Source: Candidatus Omnitrophota bacterium (GTDB lineage: Bacteria > Omnitrophota > Gorgyraeia > Zapsychrales > JAHFFX01). From it: a stretch of DNA of 64,000 nt. Under the pieces are notes generated by a model, which did no database searches, was not told where the DNA came from, and saw nothing but the letters and a program-made list of their open reading frames with translations. Position 1 is the first letter of the stretch, and each line of letters begins with the position of its first letter. Location: NCBI GenBank assembly GCA_023247725.1, contig JAHFFW010000005.1, positions 25,804 through 89,803 of the forward strand, read 5' to 3'. A program made the position numbers and the translations under genes. Shown piece by piece: positions 60,373 to 64,000 of the stretch.

Positions 60373-60945
60373 ATGAAAATTTTTATTTTCGCTTGCCTGA
60401 TTTCGTTTTTTCCTTTGAACTCGCTCACCTGGGCCGAACCCGCTCTTAATTCCACCGTTTCTTCGCATACACCACTCGATTCCGAATCTATCTCGGAAAA
60501 AGAACTTCAAGATCTTCTGACGAAGTTGCACGAAATTTCTAACGCCAGGGATGTGGATGCGATTCGAAACCTGCTCTGGGATGACGCCCGGTTTGTCCTG
60601 GTCTCGCGCGATTCTACCGTCGAGATGACCGTTCCCGAATACATCGAGGTGCTGAAGGATACCTGGAGTCAAACGAAAAATTACACCTATGAATACCAGA
60701 AAGATCAATGCCAACCGGAAGGAAACCGGTTGATCTGCACGGGCACGGTCAAAGAAACCATGGTTTTGACGAGCGGTCAATTCATCACGTCTTCGGTCAA
60801 AGGAAAAGATATTTTTGAAAAGCGTCGGGGGGCCATCAAGATCATTTTCTCGCAGGCCAACACCGATGAGGCCACGGTGGGTAGCCGGCAGAGTCCTCAC
60901 GCCCCCCTCGAGATGATGAATAATTCCGTCCAAGACCATCCTTAA
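60373..60945 (+). CDS. Secreted NTF2-like / DUF4440-like protein
   Basis: Signal peptide; ARDVDAIRNLLWDDARF followed by beta strands. Confidence 0.6.
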   Translation: MKIFIFACLISFFPLNSLTWAEPALNSTVSSHTPLDSESISEKELQDLLTKLHEISNARDVDAIRNLLWDDARFVLVSRDSTVEMTVPEYIEVLKDTWSQTKNYTYEYQKDQCQPEGNRLICTGTVKETMVLTSGQFITSSVKGKDIFEKRRGAIKIIFSQANTDEATVGSRQSPHAPLEMMNNSVQDHP

Positions 60946-60968
60946 CCACCGCAAAAGGAGAAGCGAAA

Positions 60969-61364
60969 ATGGATTTCCAGGAATTTCATATCACCGGTGT
61001 CGACAAAGAACACATCGAACGCGATGCGACCCAGATCAACGCTTATAAATTTCCGCTGCTTTTATCCGGTAAGCCGGACGATCTTTGGATCAAGTTCATG
61101 CACCAGGCCTACCGGATCAGTTCGTTCAGCAAAAAAAGGCAATACGTCGTCGTGGGCAACCTCGTGACCCTCATTGTCTTTGCCGATGATAATATGCAGA
61201 TTCAGCTCGATTTTTTTAAGGAGCTGGTCACCATGGCCAATGATGAATACCGCAAAATGCTGAGCCGCAAAGATGAGGAACGGCGAGCCGAAGAAGAACG
61301 CAAGCGCCGCGAGCTCGAGACCATTCAACGATTACGTTCCGAGGTCGACCGCCTCAAGTTTTGA
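60969..61364 (+). CDS. Hypothetical protein
   Basis: AAGGAG RBS; C-terminal coiled coil. Confidence 0.75.
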   Translation: MDFQEFHITGVDKEHIERDATQINAYKFPLLLSGKPDDLWIKFMHQAYRISSFSKKRQYVVVGNLVTLIVFADDNMQIQLDFFKELVTMANDEYRKMLSRKDEERRAEEERKRRELETIQRLRSEVDRLKF

Positions 61365-61369
61365 TCTCG

Positions 61370-62113
61370 ATGACCTCATCCTTCGTCATGCCCACTGTCC
61401 TTCCAATGGAACTTTTGACCGAATCCTTGCAGCTGTCAAAATCGAAAGCTCAGGCTCAGTTAGAACAATATCGTTCCATCCAGTTACGATTTTCCCGACG
61501 GGTTTTTTTGATCCCGGACCTGCAGGATCCCAACGCCTCCTCCTGGGCCTCGAGGCAAGGCCAACCGAATTCCTTGAAAGGTTGGGTTGAACAGATTTTT
61601 CAAAATCCGGAGAATTTTTTTATCCTGAATTTTTGGAAAGAGGCGCAGATTTGTCCTGAACTTTTCCAGCTGGCCGAACGACTGAACCGAAAGCTCCTTG
61701 CCTTGACCGATCGTCAACCATTGGATGTGATCGCCATTGGATCCGGGAATCTGATCTTACGGGCTTGGCGCATGAAGTACTCAGATTTGCCTGCCGTGCA
61801 TCGATGCATCAGCATCCACCCTAAGATGGAATCCATGCCAAGTGTTCGAGGAAGCCATGATTTTAAAGCAGAAATCGAAAGGCTTGACCAGGTCGAAGAA
61901 CGCCGTCGATTCCTCGAACGAATACAGTCCCTGATCCAAATCATGGCGCCCTTCCCAAGTGCAGATGGCTCCAGTATTTTGAAGAAGGCTGGTATTGAAA
62001 AGATTTACGAACAGAAGGTACAGGATGGGGTTTGGAATAATGGTCTTTCTAAAGAATCGATGGGAACCGATCCAAGAATGATTTTGTTGATTGTCCGGGT
62101 TTTGACTCATTGA
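61370..62113 (+). CDS. Hypothetical protein
   Basis: Long ORF filling the gap between neighbours; no motif recognised. Confidence 0.55.
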   Translation: MTSSFVMPTVLPMELLTESLQLSKSKAQAQLEQYRSIQLRFSRRVFLIPDLQDPNASSWASRQGQPNSLKGWVEQIFQNPENFFILNFWKEAQICPELFQLAERLNRKLLALTDRQPLDVIAIGSGNLILRAWRMKYSDLPAVHRCISIHPKMESMPSVRGSHDFKAEIERLDQVEERRRFLERIQSLIQIMAPFPSADGSSILKKAGIEKIYEQKVQDGVWNNGLSKESMGTDPRMILLIVRVLTH

Positions 62114-62126
62114 TGATGGAGTCTCG

Positions 62127-62672
62127 ATGGAAAAACAGGAAAAAATTTTGGAGAGAAAATCCTTGAAAGTAGTTCGCTTTCATAAAAGAAAACCTGGCTC
62201 CCACTTCCAATGCCCCGCGTTTCTTCTTTTATTTTCCTTCATTTTAATTTTTGGAACCTCGATGGTCTGCTTTGCCTCTGAACCTTCCGAAGATTCCTGC
62301 CCTCCGTCCGGATGCGCCGAACGTTCGCCGCCGGATTTGAGTCAAATCGACGTCGCAGAAATTACCTACGATGAATTCAGGGCTTTGAAATCTTCGACGG
62401 AGCCCTATATCCTGCTTGATACCCGGCCGGTCACGAGCTTCACCACAGGACATATCGAGGGCGCCTTCTCTTTTCCTTTGGCTGACATAAGCACTCAGAA
62501 GGTCCGTAAGCTTCTTCCTCAGGGAATTAAGATTGTGGTTTATTGCCAAAGCGCCTCTTGCAGCGCGAGCCGTCATGCGGCCCAGAAATTGAAAAGTTTG
62601 GATTACGATGTCGTCGATTATCATGGCGGGGTTCAGGAATGGACCCAAAAAGGTCAGACTCTGGTCAAATGA
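62127..62672 (+). CDS. Rhodanese-like domain protein
   Basis: LLDTR...GHIEGA, VVYC, YHGG..EW. Confidence 0.88.
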   Translation: MEKQEKILERKSLKVVRFHKRKPGSHFQCPAFLLLFSFILIFGTSMVCFASEPSEDSCPPSGCAERSPPDLSQIDVAEITYDEFRALKSSTEPYILLDTRPVTSFTTGHIEGAFSFPLADISTQKVRKLLPQGIKIVVYCQSASCSASRHAAQKLKSLDYDVVDYHGGVQEWTQKGQTLVK

Positions 62673-62702
62673 ATTTTAACCACTAACCGCGGTTAAATTT
62701 TT

Positions 62703-64000
62703 ATGGAACTCACCGAAACCGATTTTTCCCGACTACCAAAATATGAACCGCGCCGATTTGTCAGTGAAGAGGCCAATCTCGGAGACAAAGATGCGGTCGT
62801 AGAAATTTATCAAAAACTCATCGAGCGTCCAATCAATTCTTCCTCGGAACTTTCCCGGTGGATTCGGGATCGTTCGGAACTGGAAGCGGTTCTCGAGCAG
62901 CATTCTACCTTGCTGTATATCCGTATGACCTGCCAGACCGATAGTCCCCAAAGAGCGCAGGCTTATCGTCATTTTATTGAGACCGTTGTGCCGGCGGTCA
63001 AGCCCTTGCAGGATCAATTGAATTTGAAATATCTGGGAGAAGCCAAACGTTTTCCTCTCGATCCCGAATTTTACCGCATCTATGATCGCAAGATCAAAAC
63101 CGATGCTGAGCTTTTTAATTCCGCCAACGTCCCCCTGCAAACGCAAGAGGCGTTATTATGTCAAGATTATCAAACCTTATGCGGCGCCTTGACCGTTCAG
63201 TTTGAAGGCAGGGAGAGGACGTTGCCGGAAATGACCAAATTCTTATTGGAACCGCAGAGGTCATTGCGGGAATCGGCTTGGCGAGCCACGGCGCAAAGAC
63301 GATATAAAGAGAAGGACCGCCTTGACGAGCTTTTCGATCGAATGCTCTCGCTGCGCCGGCAGATGGCGCAGAATTCCGGATGCAAAAGTTATACCGAATA
63401 CCAGTTCCGTGCCTATCATCGGTTTGATTACACTCCCGAGGATTGCCAGCGTTATCACGACAGCGTCGAACGATTGATTATTCCCTTATGGGCGAAGATC
63501 CTTAAGAAACGCAAGGAACTCATGCATGTCGCCAGCCTTCGCCCGTGGGATCTCTTGGTCGATCCCTTGGGGAGGCCGGGGCTCAAACCCTTTTCTCAAA
63601 TCCGCCAATTGATTGACGGAGTCAACGCCATCCTCGAACGCACCGATCCGGAATTAGGCCGCCAGTTTTCGCAAATCGCGAATTTGGGACTGCTGGACCT
63701 TTCCAGTCGGAAAGGAAAGGCTCCGGGCGGATATCAAAGTACCCTCACCGAGGCAAGGAAGCCTTTTATCTTCATGAACGCCGTCGGGATCGATAGTGAT
63801 GTGCGCACGCTGCTGCATGAGGCAGGTCATGCGTTTCATGCGCTCGCTTGCGCCCACCAGCCCGTTTTTCTTTACCGGCATGCCCCTATGGAATTTTGCG
63901 AGGTCGCCTCCATGTCCATGGAACTTTTGGGCGGCGACCACCTGGATGTCTTTTATGGGAAGGAAGATTACGAGCGTTCCCAAAACACGCATTTGGAGGA
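62703..64000 (+). CDS. M3 family oligoendopeptidase (3' truncated at window edge; absent from the ORF track)
   Basis: MELTETDF..., YIRMTCQTD, RPWD, RKGKAPGGY, LLHEAGHAFH, EVASMSME. Confidence 0.92.
   Translation, partial: MELTETDFSRLPKYEPRRFVSEEANLGDKDAVVEIYQKLIERPINSSSELSRWIRDRSELEAVLEQHSTLLYIRMTCQTDSPQRAQAYRHFIETVVPAVKPLQDQLNLKYLGEAKRFPLDPEFYRIYDRKIKTDAELFNSANVPLQTQEALLCQDYQTLCGALTVQFEGRERTLPEMTKFLLEPQRSLRESAWRATAQRRYKEKDRLDELFDRMLSLRRQMAQNSGCKSYTEYQFRAYHRFDYTPEDCQRYHDSVERLIIPLWAKILKKRKELMHVASLRPWDLLVDPLGRPGLKPFSQIRQLIDGVNAILERTDPELGRQFSQIANLGLLDLSSRKGKAPGGYQSTLTEARKPFIFMNAVGIDSDVRTLLHEAGHAFHALACAHQPVFLYRHAPMEFCEVASMSMELLGGDHLDVFYGKEDYERSQNTHLE

Noticed and set aside
60352-60954. 200-aa minus-strand ORF (also 10173-11090, 12055-12954, 40054-40962, 1518-2363)
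   Set aside because: Antisense shadows of well-supported plus-strand genes.

Overview
Bacterial chromosomal window, almost entirely + strand and mostly housekeeping genes. The gene set and order loosely suggest a PVC-associated or Omnitrophota-like organism (inference only). Order: O-antigen ligase fragment, DNRLRE protein, pgk-tpiA-secG, five-gene peptide ABC transporter, membrane-TPR protein, glgC, fabV, HTH-ACP-smc, convergent GAF-GGDEF cyclase, cvpA-nif3-dnaG-rpoD, an AT-richer tRNA-associated variable region (26.2-30.9 kb), Zn-ribbon-rnhA-rnpB, yebC-ruvC-ruvA-scpB-pheA-hisC-aroF-tyrA-cmk-lepA-lepB-pgsA-plsY, split dsbD, redoxin, ABC-F, pfkB-glgP, lexA and a truncated M3 peptidase. No transposase, integrase, CRISPR array or rRNA was seen. 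Most unusual: (1) an SMC whose hinge is replaced by a ~70-aa non-canonical segment, while scpB is coupled to ruvA with no scpA or ruvB nearby; (2) cargo genes interleaved with a chimeric tRNA-Ile2 and three 5'-half tRNA-Val relics carrying hairpin insertions in the D-arm; (3) a ~510-nt RNase P RNA whose first ~95 nt also encode the RNase HI C-terminus, with a heptamer-repeat insertion and no P13/P14; (4) a LepB with a triple-repeat N-terminal domain; (5) a candidate new LexA operator. All calls come from reading motifs by eye, not from database searches.
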